64,000 nt of DNA from Eledone cirrhosa (GCA_964016885.1 OZ024746.1:74028001-74092000); one strand, 5' to 3'; counted from the stretch's first letter, positions 16,504 to 31,799 are shown. Notes: generated by a model from the letters alone, not told the origin. Made by a program: numbers and translations.

Positions 16504-16783
16504 AAAGCTATACCAACAACAAAAGCCATACGATACGAATAAAAATAACAATAAGTACGTTAGCTATAACAACAGAATGAAGCTAATAGAAAGACAAGGA
16601 AGACTATGAAGAAAAGGGATAAATGAAAATGTGAAGTGGTAAAATAGTGGAAGGAGGGGTTTTAACACTGGAAGGAAAAAACAAGGAATACAAATATATA
16701 ATTTTAAAAACTAAAGAGTTATTTGTTGGTTTGCTTGCTTATTGGCTAAATTATTTCCCCTCACACCGTGTTAGATATACATG

Positions 16784-16843
<60 letters not shown>

Positions 16844-16848
16844 TATAC

Positions 16849-16940
<92 letters not shown>

Positions 16941-17145
16941 CTTATATATGTATATATATATATGTATATATATTATCTACGTATGGATGTAAACGTGAAT
17001 GTGTGTATGAATGGAGATAGCTATTTATGTATGCACGTATGTATGCACGTATGTATGCATGTATTTATAAATATCCTGCTAACAGACATGTTATATATTT
17101 ATACAGGTTATATAATATAAATATACAAATTATGTATGTATATAT

Positions 17146-17179
<34 letters not shown>

Positions 17180-17539
17180 GGAAAAAATGAACTTTCATTT
17201 CTCACTCTTAGTACGGCAAATTAGGCTGCTCAGCTGTTAATATGCTTAAGGAAAGTATATACTTTCAAACGTACAATCGACTGACAGGAAGGTATACGGT
17301 GCTGATGACAGCTAATAAGCTAGAAACTAGTTCATCGTTCCTTTGTGAGTGTTGAACAAAAGGGCAACGATGGTTGCCGAACACTGTACGGCTTAATTCG
17401 GGCTGTTTGTTTACAAACAAATCGAACATTATAATAAATGTTCGGTAAACCCATACGTACATATATATATGTGTGCATGTATGTATGTATCTACATACTA
17501 CTGTATGTCTGTATACATAAATGTATGTACGTATACATA

Positions 17540-17540
<1 letters not shown>
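17180..17540 (+). mobile_element. Non-coding HHR-bearing repeat, family Z
   Basis: Closely similar to copies at 29210-29592 (-), 30725-31050 (-) and 31062-31443 (+); flanked by (TA)n. Confidence 0.85.
17296..17338 (+). ncRNA. Minimal type-I hammerhead ribozyme (family Z), intact core
   Basis: ACGGUG-CUGAUGA-C-AGCU(AAUA)AGCU-A-GAAAC-UA-GUU/CAUCGU. Helix I has 6 bp including one G-U, helix II has 4 bp, helix III region is the palindrome AACUAGUU. Predicted cleavage after 17332. Confidence 0.85.
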
Positions 17541-17631
<91 letters not shown>

Positions 17632-17662
17632 TATATACATATATATATACATATATATATAC

Positions 17663-17710
<48 letters not shown>

Positions 17711-17918
17711 TTATATATATATATATATATACTTATATATATATATATATATATATATGGGATAACAAGTTATCGTTATAGGTAATCCAGTTAGAGGTTG
17801 TGAGTACTCTGCGTCGTGGATAGTTTTAACGCACGGCTTTGTTTTACTCAACAAGATGTATCCATAGTTAGGCAGCGAGTTCGCGGTAATTCCTATGCAG
17901 GTTATACTTGGAGTAATA

Positions 17919-18213
17919 ATAGTTAAAGAATGAAGAGTAACATGGTTAGCTGCACAATAAGGGCTTTATTTCAAGTACTGACAATTGTTTCGTTGATCAG
18001 GTGAGTCTAGAGTTCGCTAATCGCTTGAGGTTGCGTCATTATCTACGTACTCTGATGTGTTGACCAGAGGTAAATAATGTATTGGAGGTCGAATGACGCA
18101 ACCTCTAGCGATTAGCGAACTCTAGAATCACCTGATCAACGAAACAATTGTCAGTACTTTAAATAAAGCCCTTATTGTACAGCCAACCATGTTACTCTTC
18201 ATTCTTTAACTAT
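17919..18213. mobile_element. Fold-back element, 122-bp inverted arms (17919-18040 / 18092-18213)
   Basis: Arms are reverse complements with a few substitutions. Each arm carries GAAACAATTGTC and AATAAA facing outward; right end abuts (TA)n. Confidence 0.9.
18047..18157 (+). ncRNA. Type-I hammerhead with long stem II (A9 position altered)
   Basis: GUACU-CUGAUGU-GUUGACCAG...CUGAUCAAC-GAAAC-AAUU-GUC/AGUAC. Helix I is 5 bp; the core reads CUGAUGU instead of CUGAUGA. Confidence 0.7.
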
Positions 18214-18220
18214 ATATATT

Positions 18221-18301
<81 letters not shown>

Positions 18302-18603
18302 CTTATTGACCAACCAATCAAATTACTTCTCTAAAAACCTGGCGTTTCGAGCCACTGTTTTCCATATAAAACAAGTAACATTCAAAGGCCAACCAGTTGT
18401 GAGAAAAACCACATACCCTCCATCTCAACTCTACTTTTGAAAAGCAGAAGAACTGCGAAACCGGAAAGGAACCAAATAAATATATATATTTAAAAAAAAA
18501 TAAGACTTCAGTTGCATTTTCTATTTCATCTTTTTTTCTTTATAGTTTCACTCGTGTTGGACACCTCGGTTATTTTTCATTTTGTAAAAAAACCTCACTT
18601 TCT

Positions 18604-18700
<97 letters not shown>

Positions 18701-18701
<1 letters not shown>

Positions 18702-18894
18702 GTAGTACACTGGACGGTAATATCCGTAGTGGTAGAGCACTCAGTCCATGGGACGAGTTAGGTAGAAGTGGATACACAACAGTTAGTTCACCATACCGAG
18801 ACCAATTGTTTCACCTTGCGGATCCTCGGCTAAGGATCCGCTAAGGTGAAACAATTGTTCTCGGTATGGTGAACGAACTGTTGTGTAGCCACTT
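18701..18894. mobile_element. Fold-back element, family F (palindrome 18766-18894)
   Basis: About 60-bp arms around GCGGATCCT-CGGCTA-AGGATCCGC. GAAACAATTGTT half-HHR on the plus arm. Homologous to 44911-45098. Confidence 0.85.
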
Positions 18895-19016
18895 ATATAT
18901 ATATATATATATATATATTAGGTGGGTAACTTGTAGTTACTAGCGGCGACGCTGGTCGAAGCACTCGATGCTGTTACTGTGTCCGTTTCTCCAAGGTGGC
19001 TCTAGTTTGCTGAATG

Positions 19017-19233
19017 TATATAAAGTGACAATAAAAATTGCAGCTTTTTGTAAACTCTATTTCATATTACAATTTGTTTCCATATCGATCAACTCTGGGT
19101 TTGATCATGCGATTGGATCCCAACTTTTAATCGACACGTCGCATTATCAAATCCGAGCTGATCGATATGGACACAAATTGTAATATGAAATAAAGTTTAC
19201 AAAAATCTTCAATTCTTATTGTTTCTTTATATA
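19017..19233. mobile_element. Fold-back element, family G
   Basis: Imperfect inverted arms (~19017-19105 / 19146-19233). GAAACAAATTGTA half-HHR on the minus strand of the left arm. Homologous to 38688-38840. Confidence 0.75.
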
Positions 19234-19769
19234 TAAGTTCATACAAATATATATGTATATTCAAATCAACAAACAGCGAAAGACGCGTTCCGAGTTGTCC
19301 GACAGACAACCTTTTCCCCCACCGCGGAAAAAACCCCCAGTTGATTGATGTGAATCCGAAATATATAGGGACTATTAAATCTCTCCCAAGGTAACTCTCT
19401 CTTGTGTTGTTATTTTTATTTTTATTTTTATCCTTTATACTCTTCCCTTCATTCTACACATCTCACACATGTTATACACACCACGCATCTCAACGTACAC
19501 CCACTTACATCTCTCTCTCCACCACCGGACCTTGTTACCCGGAGATTTACCCATTTGCATTGTCGAGGCTTCCAAACGACTTAAAGATATTTACTTATAT
19601 GTATATATATATATATATCAATGATAAAGACCACCTTTGATCATCAATCCCGGTCACGTTGTTCTTCTGAAATACCAGTAGTCGCCCAGACATACAGCTC
19701 TTCCCTATCCATAACACCCATGTCGTTCAAAGAAAAGTCAAATGACGTCGCATTTCATCATTTCTTCAG

Positions 19770-19900
19770 TTGAGTAAGCTGGTGCAACGTGAATGAAATA
19801 AAGTGTCTTGTTGAAAGACACAATGCTCCGCTCCGTCCGGGAATCAAACTCACAACCTCATGGTTTTTATATCAACGCTCTAATAACTGAGCCATACAAC
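19770..19900 (-). mobile_element. tRNA-derived SINE, second family (degenerate)
   Basis: Minus strand reads ATGGCTCAGTTATTAGAGCG (A-box-like), GAGTTTGATTCCC (B-box-like), then TTGTGTCTTTCAACAAGACACTTTATTTCA. Confidence 0.65.
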
Positions 19901-20434
19901 TTCACTATATATATATATAAGCGGGGGTTACCTCCCTTGGAGTAAATCACGTGTCTGTGGCGACATTTAAAGCTACAACATACCCGCTGAGGCTAAGAAC
20001 GAAAGACTTGCTGAAGAAGTAAATCCTATGTTCTGTCGTCAAAAACCATTATATTGCAGATATACCATTATATGCAATAGGAATTTGTCGATCTTAGATT
20101 TGCAGAAACTTAGCGCTGATGTTGGATGCGATGTGTGATCTATATTGTTGATATACGATGTAAGTTATATATTTTGCACTCAGCCTCACCGCTATGTCCG
20201 GGTCAGTATAACATCTTTTCCTGGGTCCTGTAATTTCGTTGCTCTAGTGATGCGGCTGGACTGCCGACCGCTATATCTGATTTGCTAAGCTGTCTGAACG
20301 TAATGTTATTACTCTGGGGTTTTTCCTCATCTGAGTGCTCAAGCTACAGACCGATTATGCATATACGCTAGCTTGGCTGTATTCTAAAGCTTCGTCAATG
20401 CTGTACTAACATTTATATATATATATACATATAT

Positions 20435-20480
<46 letters not shown>

Positions 20481-20484
<4 letters not shown>

Positions 20485-21090
20485 ATGCTTTGGGAGGGTC
20501 ATGTTGCCAATAAGAAACACACGCACCAGTTGCTTTCACTCCAATTTATTATAAATTAAATTTATAAATGAACTCCAACTAAAATTAAATAGAAAACATG
20601 AATGGAATAGTAACATCACAACCTAAAATTAAGGACAAAATGAAAACACACACACACACATAGAACAAACAACCAACCAGTAACATGTAAATAAATAAAC
20701 AAATATAAACACACACAGACACCCGGATGTAACACATGCGCAAACTAAGCACACAACACACACAAAAACAAGATGGCGTAGGATAGAACAAAGGAGAGGC
20801 ACAAAAACAAAGAAAAGAATTCCCAGTCACTGAAGAGGTCACAGAATGTGTGACGAAAGAACTTTGACAATATATGAACAACCGTCCGGTTATGGAACGA
20901 ACCAACCAACCGGAAATTTATAAATTCTTAAAATTATAAATTTATAAATTTAATTTATAATAAATTCGAGTGAAAGCCACTGGTGCGTGTGTTTCTTATT
21001 GGCAACATGACCCTCCCAAAGTATAACAATATCGGTTTCAACACACGTTTTCAGATAAATAATCTTGCTAAACAAATTCAGAAACGAAAT
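20481..21090. mobile_element. HHR-bearing repeat family X, asymmetric inverted pair
   Basis: 20481-20570 is the reverse complement of ~20940-21030. Same family as 30030-30621 and 49400-49635. Confidence 0.85.
20826..20868 (+). ncRNA. Type-I hammerhead (family X)
   Basis: GUCA-CUGAAGA-G-GUCACA(GAAUG)UGUGAC-GAAAG-AA-CUU/UGAC. Confidence 0.75.
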
Positions 21091-21355
21091 TTTATGATGA
21101 TAGAAAAGGACGGTACAATACACTCACCTACACGAGCAAATTAAAATATGGTATGCCTTCATCAGACAAAATACAACATATAAACAGTTTTATAAATAAT
21201 TTTGACGTACCCTATTAGATGCAACCATTATTTTTGGAAGCTGTCTGGATAGTGAGATGTTTAATATCGTATATCTACTCCAAAAACTTGTCGAGTGCTT
21301 TATATCAGTTATAAAATATTTACTTGTTGTATCCCAACAATTTAAATAGAACTTT

Positions 21356-21400
<45 letters not shown>

Positions 21401-22105
21401 ATATATGCATATCCATATATATATATGTAATTTATGATGATGCAAAAAATGATAGAGTGGAAGTCATATTACTTACCTCGTATATGCATATTCTTTCTCA
21501 AAGTATATAGTTATATATGGAGATTTGTAATATGTTATTCAAATAACATGAAAAGTATAACTCTATACATATCTGTATATTACGTTTGTGCAGATCGGCA
21601 TTATTTTTATATGCACAGCAACATTATATATTAATGCATACACTTAAAAACTTATAGTTCCACTGAAGATCTCTAAGACACGCATACACTTGTGTATTCA
21701 GTTATATATATAGAATTATATTCTAGATTCACAAAAATGATGCTAATACACACATGCATATTTATATTTCACAAAATAATTCACACAGCGTAGCCAGACT
21801 CATAAATGTTACCTGTTATAAAAATACAAATACACACATATTTTAGAAAGTTTCAACTGTTATGCATACATATAAGCATAACTACATATGCACTTTTTCT
21901 TACGTGTGTACTTTATACTTTATATGGTGAAATTGTTTTATCTATGTCCATACTGGAGCGCCTTCTTAAATAGTGCATGCTCTAACTGTCTTTGTGTAAT
22001 GTCCACACATGTCCAGGGATGTAATATTTTTGTTGCATATTTTTGTCCTGTGGTCGCTTCTTCCTCTATATATCTTTCTCACTTTCATTATCTCTCTCTG
22101 TCAAA

Positions 22106-22287
22106 GGGCGGTGAATTGGCAGTATCGGTAGAGGCTCGGACATGCTTTCCAGCATAGTTACGTCCCTTTATGATCTGAGTTCAAATCCCGCCGAGGTTAA
22201 CTTTGCCTTTCATCCATACGGGGTCGATAAAATAAAGTACCAGTAATGTACTGGGTAATTGCTGGCCTTGTGCCAAAAGTAGAAACA
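22106..22287 (+). mobile_element. tRNA-derived SINE family 1 with 16-bp TSD
   Basis: Closely similar to 1218-1399. TSD ATTATCTCTCTCTGTC at 22087-22102 and 22288-22303. Confidence 0.9.
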
Positions 22288-23199
22288 ATTATCTCTCTCT
22301 GTCCTTTTCTGGAAGAAATCCGCTGCATTCAGAAATTTAAGAGGGGATGTACTCCGCCAGGTTTTAAAATGCTCTACGAAACGCCGTATGTCAATGTGGT
22401 GCCCCTACGAATCCTTCAGAAGTTACGGGTCCAGACAGATAGACAGGCAGACATGATATTTCTAGTTAATTGATTAACCACTAGGTAGAAGCTTGGGTGT
22501 GGAATGGAATGAACTACTGTCGGTTGTGAGGATGACATGAGTCTTCCAGTTATTCGATCAACGGAATTACCAACTCATGAAATTAACGTGTATGTGGCTC
22601 AGCATCCTCAACAAGTGCTCTTTACTTTAGCCCAAGACTATGCAGTAGGATCGAACTCGGGACATAATGAATGAGAAAGGAACTTCTTAACCATACTGTA
22701 TTAACATTTTGGGTGGAGTCTTCAACAAATGGAATCTTGAATGCGAGAGATCTATACATCTGGATACTCTTTAAAACAGACGAAGGGATTTCTGGTCAAA
22801 TTTCGTAAAAAATTTGGGAGGCAGTTGTACAATCACAGCCCTTTAACCTCCAAGCTGTATCTGTACAGTTGTTTTAGGGAGAATTTTAGGAGGGTGTTTT
22901 AGAATTTGACAGTACACACAATTCTCGTTTTCTTTTCTCTTCTGTTATAAAACGTGTTTTTGTTAACGCAGTGTGGTGGTATGTTGTGTGGTGGTTAGGT
23001 ATTTTAAGAATAAAATCTTGTTTCGTTTGTTTTTTATTATATGTTCCTTGGCTATACAAAATTATTATAGAAATACTGTGATTATTTCCTTTTACAGAGG
23101 GAGTAATTTCCCATACTGCATCTGGGCCTTATGTGTGTTCCAGTATTGACTTAAGTTTTATATATAGTTTAGAAAAGGTACTCATTGTATTTATTACGG

Positions 23200-23420
23200 T
23201 TAATATTGGTTTCTAATTTAAGCACAAGGCCAGAAACTTGGATGAGATGCGGAGTGGATCAAATAAACCCATGTACTTGACTGCTGCTTTATTTTATTGA
23301 CCCCAGAAAGATAAAAGGCAAATTTGACCTCGGTGAGATTTGAACACAAAATGTAAAGAACCAGAAAAGATACTCCAATGTTATTTAATTCAATATTCTA
23401 ATAATTCTGCCAATCCACCA
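23200..23420 (-). mobile_element. Older SINE family 1 copy
   Basis: Reverse complement shows GGTGGATTGGCAGAAT...GTGTTCAAATCTCACCGAGGTCAAATTTGCCTTTTATC...GGGGTCAATAAAATAAAG...CTGGCCTTGTGC...TTAGAAACCAAT. Confidence 0.8.
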
Positions 23421-24814
23421 TTTCACATAATATTGATGTGGTTTGTCATATTTGAAAAAATATCTATGTGGTATTGTTGTTTTGGATTTTATATTAGTTT
23501 CATCTCCGTAATAAATTATATGTTCTCCAGTTTTGCTTGCTCTACTGCAGGTATTTAGTTCTTTATGAATTTCTTAGCTTTTCATTTATTAAGCCATTAT
23601 CTTCTTGGCATTACGTCAATGATTATTTTTAGTTCAGATATTCTCTCTTTTATAGTGGCTATTTATAGATGATAGGCTATAGGATTTGTTTGGATGTGTT
23701 TCATATGTTTTCCTTTGTGTGCCCTGGTAATCTAAAATATTTGAAACATTTTGTTACACTGTAGCTTTTCTGTCTCTATTTTGGAAAATATGTCGTTTGA
23801 GTACGTTTGCAGGGTCAAATAAATGAGGAGGAGAGCTATTGCTGTGCGGTTAGGTACAACACACTGGGGTTAGTAAGCAATAGTAGCTGTTGATGTTATT
23901 ATAGATTTGAAGCTAATTTCTTTATTAACTGCAAATAAATCTTCCACGAGATGCTCAGCATTGTTTTAACAAGTTAACACTTGATTTGTCTTGCTGATCT
24001 TCATTTCCATTTGTAAGTTACGTCAACATCAATGGTATTACAAATTAAATCCTACTATGTCTGAAATAAATAAGAAATGTTCAAAGTTGTAATTCTTTTC
24101 TTCATAGATTTGATTATCTAGTGCAGTCGAATGACGGGTTGGTCACGACTGGAAAATATGTGATGAGAAATCTAGTCGGTTGAGGTTGAAATGGGCTAAG
24201 CAACAACAACAAAAAAAAAAAAAGATCCTACATAACAAAAAAGCAAATACATTCGCGAAACCAAACAAAGATGTTTATTTTTAGGTAAACCATCACAGGT
24301 TATCTAAAAAACCAATTAATGTATTAGTTGAAAAAAAATATCAAAAACCAAAAGAGCACAAAAAATAGCACTTCACTTATCTAATATAATCAAATAGTTC
24401 GCCTCTTCTCTTAGCATTAGCATCTTATCAGACCGTTGTCTGCTAATTCGTCACTGATAAACATTTATCGTTCGAGAGCAATCGAAAATGGAATTACTAA
24501 AACAAATAAGTCAGCTAACTAATAATAATAGTCTTTACTGGTTGAGCTAATTCTTCATTCACAAAACTTTGTTCTTTCTTTATCTGCTATGAATTTTTTC
24601 AACTGTTCTTTTTTTCTCTTCTCTTTACACTATTTCAAATAGACTTCATTTTTCATTCGTTAAACATTTAAAAAAAATATTATTGTAAATTTTTCAGATC
24701 TTAACAACTTCAAAACTCCGCTAACCGCCGTCGTCTTTATTGTTCTCTATTTTATCATTTCTAATCTCTGATTGTCCAGTCGTAACTATTATTCATTCTT
24801 CATTTGAAATCTAA

Positions 24815-25006
24815 ATGGTTCTATTCAATGCTTTGCTGTATTTGTTACGGTTCTTCGCGTTCTGAGGTTAATTCCCGCCGACGTCAATTTTGCAGTTCAT
24901 TCTTCCCAGGTCGATAAAATAAAGTACTAGCTATATATACTAGAATCGATGTAATCAACTCTCCCACACCCTAATTGGTGACTTTGTGCCTAAATTAGAA
25001 CCAATT
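24815..25006 (+). mobile_element. Older SINE family 1 copy
   Basis: TTCTGAGGTTAATTCCCGCCGACGTCAATTTTGC...GGTCGATAAAATAAAGTACTAG...TTTGTGCCTAAATTAGAACCAATT. Confidence 0.75.
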
Positions 25007-25009
25007 ATG

Positions 25010-25830
25010 ACTATCATTTCTTCTATTTACCCAGCATTTCTTTGTTCCTCTATTGGAACTTTGATTGCTAGATACCAAACTCTCTCCTTCGGTCTTCTGT
25101 GTGTAGCACCTTTTGTATAGTTTTGCTGTGCCAACAAGCTTTCTGTATTTCACTTCTTGGTACTTTTCTATTTGTCTAGCACTCAAGTATCGGGTATGAA
25201 TGATCCATTTTATCCGCTTGAATCTTCATGTATCCCAATAGGTTTACATGGTTTCGTCAAGGACACGTTCTGGTTGGTGATCTTGCCACTTCGCGTGTTC
25301 AAATTCAAACTTCTTACACATTTGTCTATTTAAGATTCTGAAAACTTTGTCATCTCTCCTCTTCTAATAATGTCTTTAGCGAGCCTCTTACATGCAGAGA
25401 CCACATACGCCATTGTACCCCCTCTTTCACCCACATTCTACATGCAGCCGAGGTAACATCCATATCTGTATCATTCTGAATATCTATATACTTTCTGATA
25501 TATTACGTTCTAATTGTCTAATCCTGTGCGGCTAAGAGTAAGCCCTGTATCTTTATAGGGCTTCTTACTTTTATCACACATCTATAACCTTTAATATTTC
25601 AGGAAACGGTTCCGCGTAAGCTCTACTGCACATACCGTTTCTTTCTGATGTGGCGATTCACTATTTTCCTTCCATTTCTTTAGTTTATACTGTCTAGTAG
25701 GGCATCTCTTCACTATGAACAACATACTTCCTCAGACTGTCTGCCTCTATCTTCACGCAGTTGTGTATGCTTAACAGCCCTCGACCTTCAATGATATTGA
25801 ATATCTAAACATGAACCTTTCTCTAAGGAG
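25010..25830 (-). pseudogene. Decayed R4/Dong-type LINE C-terminal region (post-RT, zinc knuckle, RLE)
   Basis: Minus-strand fragments GRGLLSIHNCVKIEADSLRKYV, GLLLAAQD*TIRT*YIRKYID...CRM and YVVSACKRLAK resemble GGRGLISIEDCV / EGLIIAAQDQ...CRMC...HIVSGC motifs of R4-clade ORFs. Confidence 0.7.
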
Positions 25831-26338
25831 GAAATACTTAAATCGTTGGATAAACACGCTTCGAAATGAAACTTTCACAAATTAGACACTGAAACAAGCA
25901 AAGCACAAAACAAAAAAATCAAAAAAGAATACTCTCCGATATGTCACCTTCTATATGGAAAAGAAGGATGCAGCCATCACTCAGTTTACTGATTTGGTTA
26001 AAGAATGTATTTGTAATTTCTACAGGTTTCCGGACATCATGTTTAGAGTGCCCAAAGCAAAGGCCTTCCTTTTTATTTTTTTAAGCCAGAGCTTTAGTAC
26101 ATCTACACTGAAGTTACCTTCTTTGATATTTCGTGTTTTGTTAATGATAGATTCAATATGTTTGTCTGTAATGATTTGAAGTCTCCCACTAAAATTGTGA
26201 AAATGATCCTTTTATAGGCTGAGACAGTCCTATTGACTTGAGACTTGTAATGTTTCTTAATTCGTCTTTTTCGAGCCACATATTTCATTAAGTGTGGCTC
26301 GAGGTTGTTGAATATCATGCAGTGTGTAATGGAATTAA

Positions 26339-26401
<63 letters not shown>

Positions 26402-27724
26402 ACACACACTTGTATATACACGAATAGAGATTTATGATTAAATTTTATCATGAAATAATACCGCCGTCTTAATATTCATTCGTATAACGAGACTCCGTTG
26501 TATACTAATCTATGTGATCCTATATCAGTGACACATACAACAGATGTGGTGTATTTAACGCTGTTTACACCATAATGCATAATTTTGACTGTGTGGACGC
26601 AATATTCGCAATCAAATAAACACTTAAATAAAGACAATACACACATAAATATTTATATAAATATGAATGAAATATTAACCTCTCTAGCCCTCTTCAACAT
26701 ATTCACACATACGTTTATAGACATATAGACTTCTTATTTACGAACATAATATTTTCCATATTTGAAACGTTAGGACTAGATTTATACGTTAACGCAACAA
26801 AGGCGTGACGAACTTGTCTTATAAAACTTCACAACACATGTTATTGCGAAGATACCGAGATGAAGCAACCTAATGGAAACTGACGGCTTATTTTGCTTCA
26901 TAAACTTAATGTATGTTAATTTTACTGCTGCCATTTTATTTAATCTCTTAATCGATCCAAAATATCATAAAGGTTAATATAGATAGAATATCGCTCTGAC
27001 GTATGAAAATGCTTATGTTTGAAACATTCCTGGTATCAATACGAGAACTGTTATCTTCTGCGGAATGATATATTGTTTAACTCACATTAGTTTATCGGTG
27101 AATATGTATTAAAGCTTAAAATAACCACGTGGGAACTAAAACAGGTGATTCACATCGCTCACTAAGTTAATTTATCACACAATTACCAAACGTGTAAAAT
27201 AGATAAATTGATTGCGGTCATATAAAGCCAGAAGAATATCTTGTTCTTCATATGCCCCATATCAACTGACTAAAAGGTCTACATGATAAACACTTCAAAA
27301 TCAACGGTTTTCAAACGCTTTTTACCTTATGCTGTATTTAACGATATATGTCATCGACAATCTCGGAAGACGTAATAACAAATTGCCTGCCAATTGAGAT
27401 ATAGAATGCATTTCAACGGGAGAAACAAATTCAGAGTATTTTGCTTTCATGATCACATCCACTTTTAATATAGTCAATTATAGTATCAAATACGGGGAAT
27501 TGAAGATGAATAATTTCAATGTTTTCTAGATTTGAAATGGAACTATTTTCCAGGTTTTTCATTTATCTTCCAGCCAGCGATGGTGTCTAACATTCATATG
27601 GAGGACCATCTATCTGTTGACGTAATTCCCATATATGTTTGACACTAAGTTCTTTAATTTTATAGAATAGAAGATATACATCTAAATGAAAAGTCAATCA
27701 AAAAGAAATCTGATTTTTAATAAA

Positions 27725-27805
<81 letters not shown>

Positions 27806-29099
27806 ATCTAGGGAATGTAATGTGCAGTTACTGTAGGTTCACCCGAGTGAACTCTCGATACGTAGTTTCCAGTCGGTAAATGGGTGTATGTATATATATG
27901 TATATATATTTATTCAACAAACGGCTTCAATTTTGGATGCGAGCGATTATTGCGGGCGCAGCCATGAGTTTCTCCACTCATGTGATTGATCTATAAACTA
28001 TCATTTCAAAGCAAAAGGGAGATCGCTATATAATACGCTCTCCGATATATTTTAATTGAAAATTTAACAGGTGTTATGTTCACAGCTGGAAAGTGTTTCT
28101 TTAACGGTTTACTCGATCTAGGTATAGTTATGACATCCTGACTTTTGGTATAGTTATATTTTGTTCCCATACTGTTGAATTTTGTTTCAAATTTCAGAAT
28201 TGACCTATGTGAAATGGTCAAATTCTGATAAATAATAGTATTGCGATATTATATAATACAGAATATGGAGAAATAGCAGCCACGTTTCCAGTGAATAACA
28301 ACCTTCATAAAGAAGATAAGAAGACTACTATGCATAATGTAGCCCTAAATATATTGTCCCTACAAGAAAACAAAAAAAAAAAGACAGCGACCACAACATT
28401 AACAAAGTCCAGGGTTTAAGTGTTGTGTAAAGCACCCTTTGAAAGCATTTGAAATAAGTAAAGTCAACAAGAAAAGCAATAATTTCATCACCATCAATCG
28501 AGAAAAAAAGTAATGATCTTGAAAACAAGAATCTTTGAGTTAGAATTTGCATATTGTTGAAGTGGATAGAGTAAATTGCGTATGCGATATTTATCGATGA
28601 ATGTGTCTTATTGGTCATCGACGAAGTCATAATGTCAGATACAAAACTGAACGTAGTATATTTATGAGAATAAATTAGGTAACATGCATTGAGGAATCAA
28701 GGAGCTACATAATAGAATGTATTTCCGCATAGCATTGTGCTGAAACGCAACTTTGATATATAATTACTTATCAGATACATTTTTATAGATATGGTTTAGA
28801 ATTAAAATTTGTATATTTATCTAGCAATGTATTTTATATAGAAAATCTTTTGAACTATATGAAATGTATGAAAATTATGTAAACAATATATAGGAAATAC
28901 ATAGATAAGGAAGATTTACCGAAAATAAAGATACAAAAATACTTGTAACTTTAACGCTGACGAATTAAAAAGCTGATTTATTGGATTGTTAAATAATATA
29001 TAAATCCAATAAAAGAAAAGACAGATTAATTATATCTACCAGAAACATCCTTTAAGCTGTTAGAATAACATCAAATCCAATACATACATATATATATAT

Positions 29100-29171
<72 letters not shown>

Positions 29172-29209
29172 AAAAAATGAAATTTCATTTCTCACTCTTA
29201 GTACGGCTG

Positions 29210-29592
29210 ATACTTAAATATAAGTATGTATACGTACATACATATATATATATAGAGTCGTACAGTAGTATGTATATACATGCATACATGCACACACATA
29301 TATATATATGTACGTATGGGTTTACCGAACATTTATTATAATGTTCGGTTTGCTTGCAAACAAACAGCCCGAATTAAGCCGTACAGTGTTCGGCAACGAT
29401 CGTTGCCCTTTTGTTCAACACTGACAAAGGAACGATGAACTAGTTTCTAGTTTATTAGCTGTCATCAGCACCGTATACCTTCCTGTCAGTCGATTGTACG
29501 TTTGAAAGTATATACTTTCCTTAAGCATATTAACGGCTGAGCAACCTAATTTGCATATCGAGTGAGTTAGTCGGCCGGACGTACCGAAAACT
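29210..29592 (-). mobile_element. Family Z copy with HHR at 29432-29474
   Basis: Reverse complement of the 17218-17540 copy. Core intact, with one stem II mismatch (AGCU/AACU). Confidence 0.85.
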
Positions 29593-29630
29593 CATTATAC
29601 TCATCCCAATTTTTAGTTACTTTTTAATAC

Positions 29631-29676
<46 letters not shown>

Positions 29677-29680
<4 letters not shown>

Positions 29681-29948
29681 AAGAAAATAAGAGAATCAGT
29701 GTTGCGACGAATGTCATTTATTGGACATATGACAATCGTTTCTCTGGCGACCAGCTCGAGGCACGATCGATGTGATGATGGAACCTTACTCTGAAAATCG
29801 CAAGGTACTCAGATACGTCTTGATTCTACGAAGCAAATTTTCCTATCTTTTTCTTTTTTTTTCTGTGATATCATACTCTGCTCTATGAGAGCATCGAGTG
29901 CTCATACGGCCTACCGCATACGGACGCTTTAAGCATCCAACACCAATT
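29677..29948 (-). mobile_element. Family Y copy with HHR at 29724-29819 (core CUGAGUA, G8 altered)
   Basis: Reverse complement of 31480-31770. Confidence 0.85.
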
Positions 29949-30029
29949 ATATATATATATATATATTGGATTTGATGTTTTATATATATATGTATGTATA
30001 ATACATATATATATATATATATATATATA

Positions 30030-31050
<1,021 letters not shown>

Positions 31051-31061
31051 TTTCCAATTAT

Positions 31062-31440
31062 AGTTTTCGGTACGCCCGGCCGACTAACTCACTCGATATG
31101 CAAATTAGGCTGCTCAGCCGTTAATATGCATAAGGAAAGTATATTATTTCAAACGTACAATCGACTGACAGGAAGGTATACGGTGCTGATGACAGCTAAT
31201 AAGCTAGAAACTACTTCAGTTCATCGTTCTTTTGTCAGTGTTGAACAAAAGGGCAACGATGGTTGCCGAACACTGTACGGCTTAATTCGGGCTGTTTGTT
31301 TACAAACAAACCGAACATTATAATAAATGTTCGGTAAACCCATACGTACATATATATATATATATATATGTGTGTGCATTTATGTATGTATATACATACT
31401 ACTGTACGTCTGTATACATATATGTATGTACGTATACATA

Positions 31441-31443
<3 letters not shown>
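31062..31443 (+). mobile_element. Family Z copy with HHR at 31180-31227 (5-nt insertion in loop III)
   Basis: ACGGUG-CUGAUGA-CAGCUAAUAAGCUA-GAAAC-UACUUCA-GUU/CAUCGU. Confidence 0.85.
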
Positions 31444-31485
<42 letters not shown>

Positions 31486-31610
31486 GGTGTTGGATGTTTA
31501 AAGCGTCCGTATGCGGTAGGCCGTATGAGCACTCGATGCTCTCATAGAGCAGAGTATGATATCACAGAAAAAAAAAGAAAAAAATAGGAAAATTTGCTTC
31601 GTAGAATCAA

Positions 31611-31722
31611 GACGTATCTGAGGACCTTGCGATTTTCAGAGTAAGGTTCGATCATCACATCGATCGATCATCACATCGATCGTGCCTCGAGCTGGTCGCC
31701 AGAGAAACGATTGTCATATGTC
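31611..31722 (+). ncRNA. Type-I hammerhead (family Y) with long stem II, intact core
   Basis: GACGUAU-CUGAGGA-CCUUGCGA...UCGCCAGA-GAAAC-GAUU-GUC/AUAUGUC. Helix I is 7 bp including one G-U; AATAAA follows closely. Element spans 31480-31770. Confidence 0.8.
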
Positions 31723-31765
31723 CAATAAATGACATTCGTCGCAACACTGATTCTCTTATTTTCTT

Positions 31766-31799
<34 letters not shown>

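Noticed and set aside
23041-23060. 20-mer ATGTTCCTTGGCTATACAAA shared with 32120-32139
   Set aside because: The flanks do not align convincingly by eye; probably old LINE debris, too weak to call.
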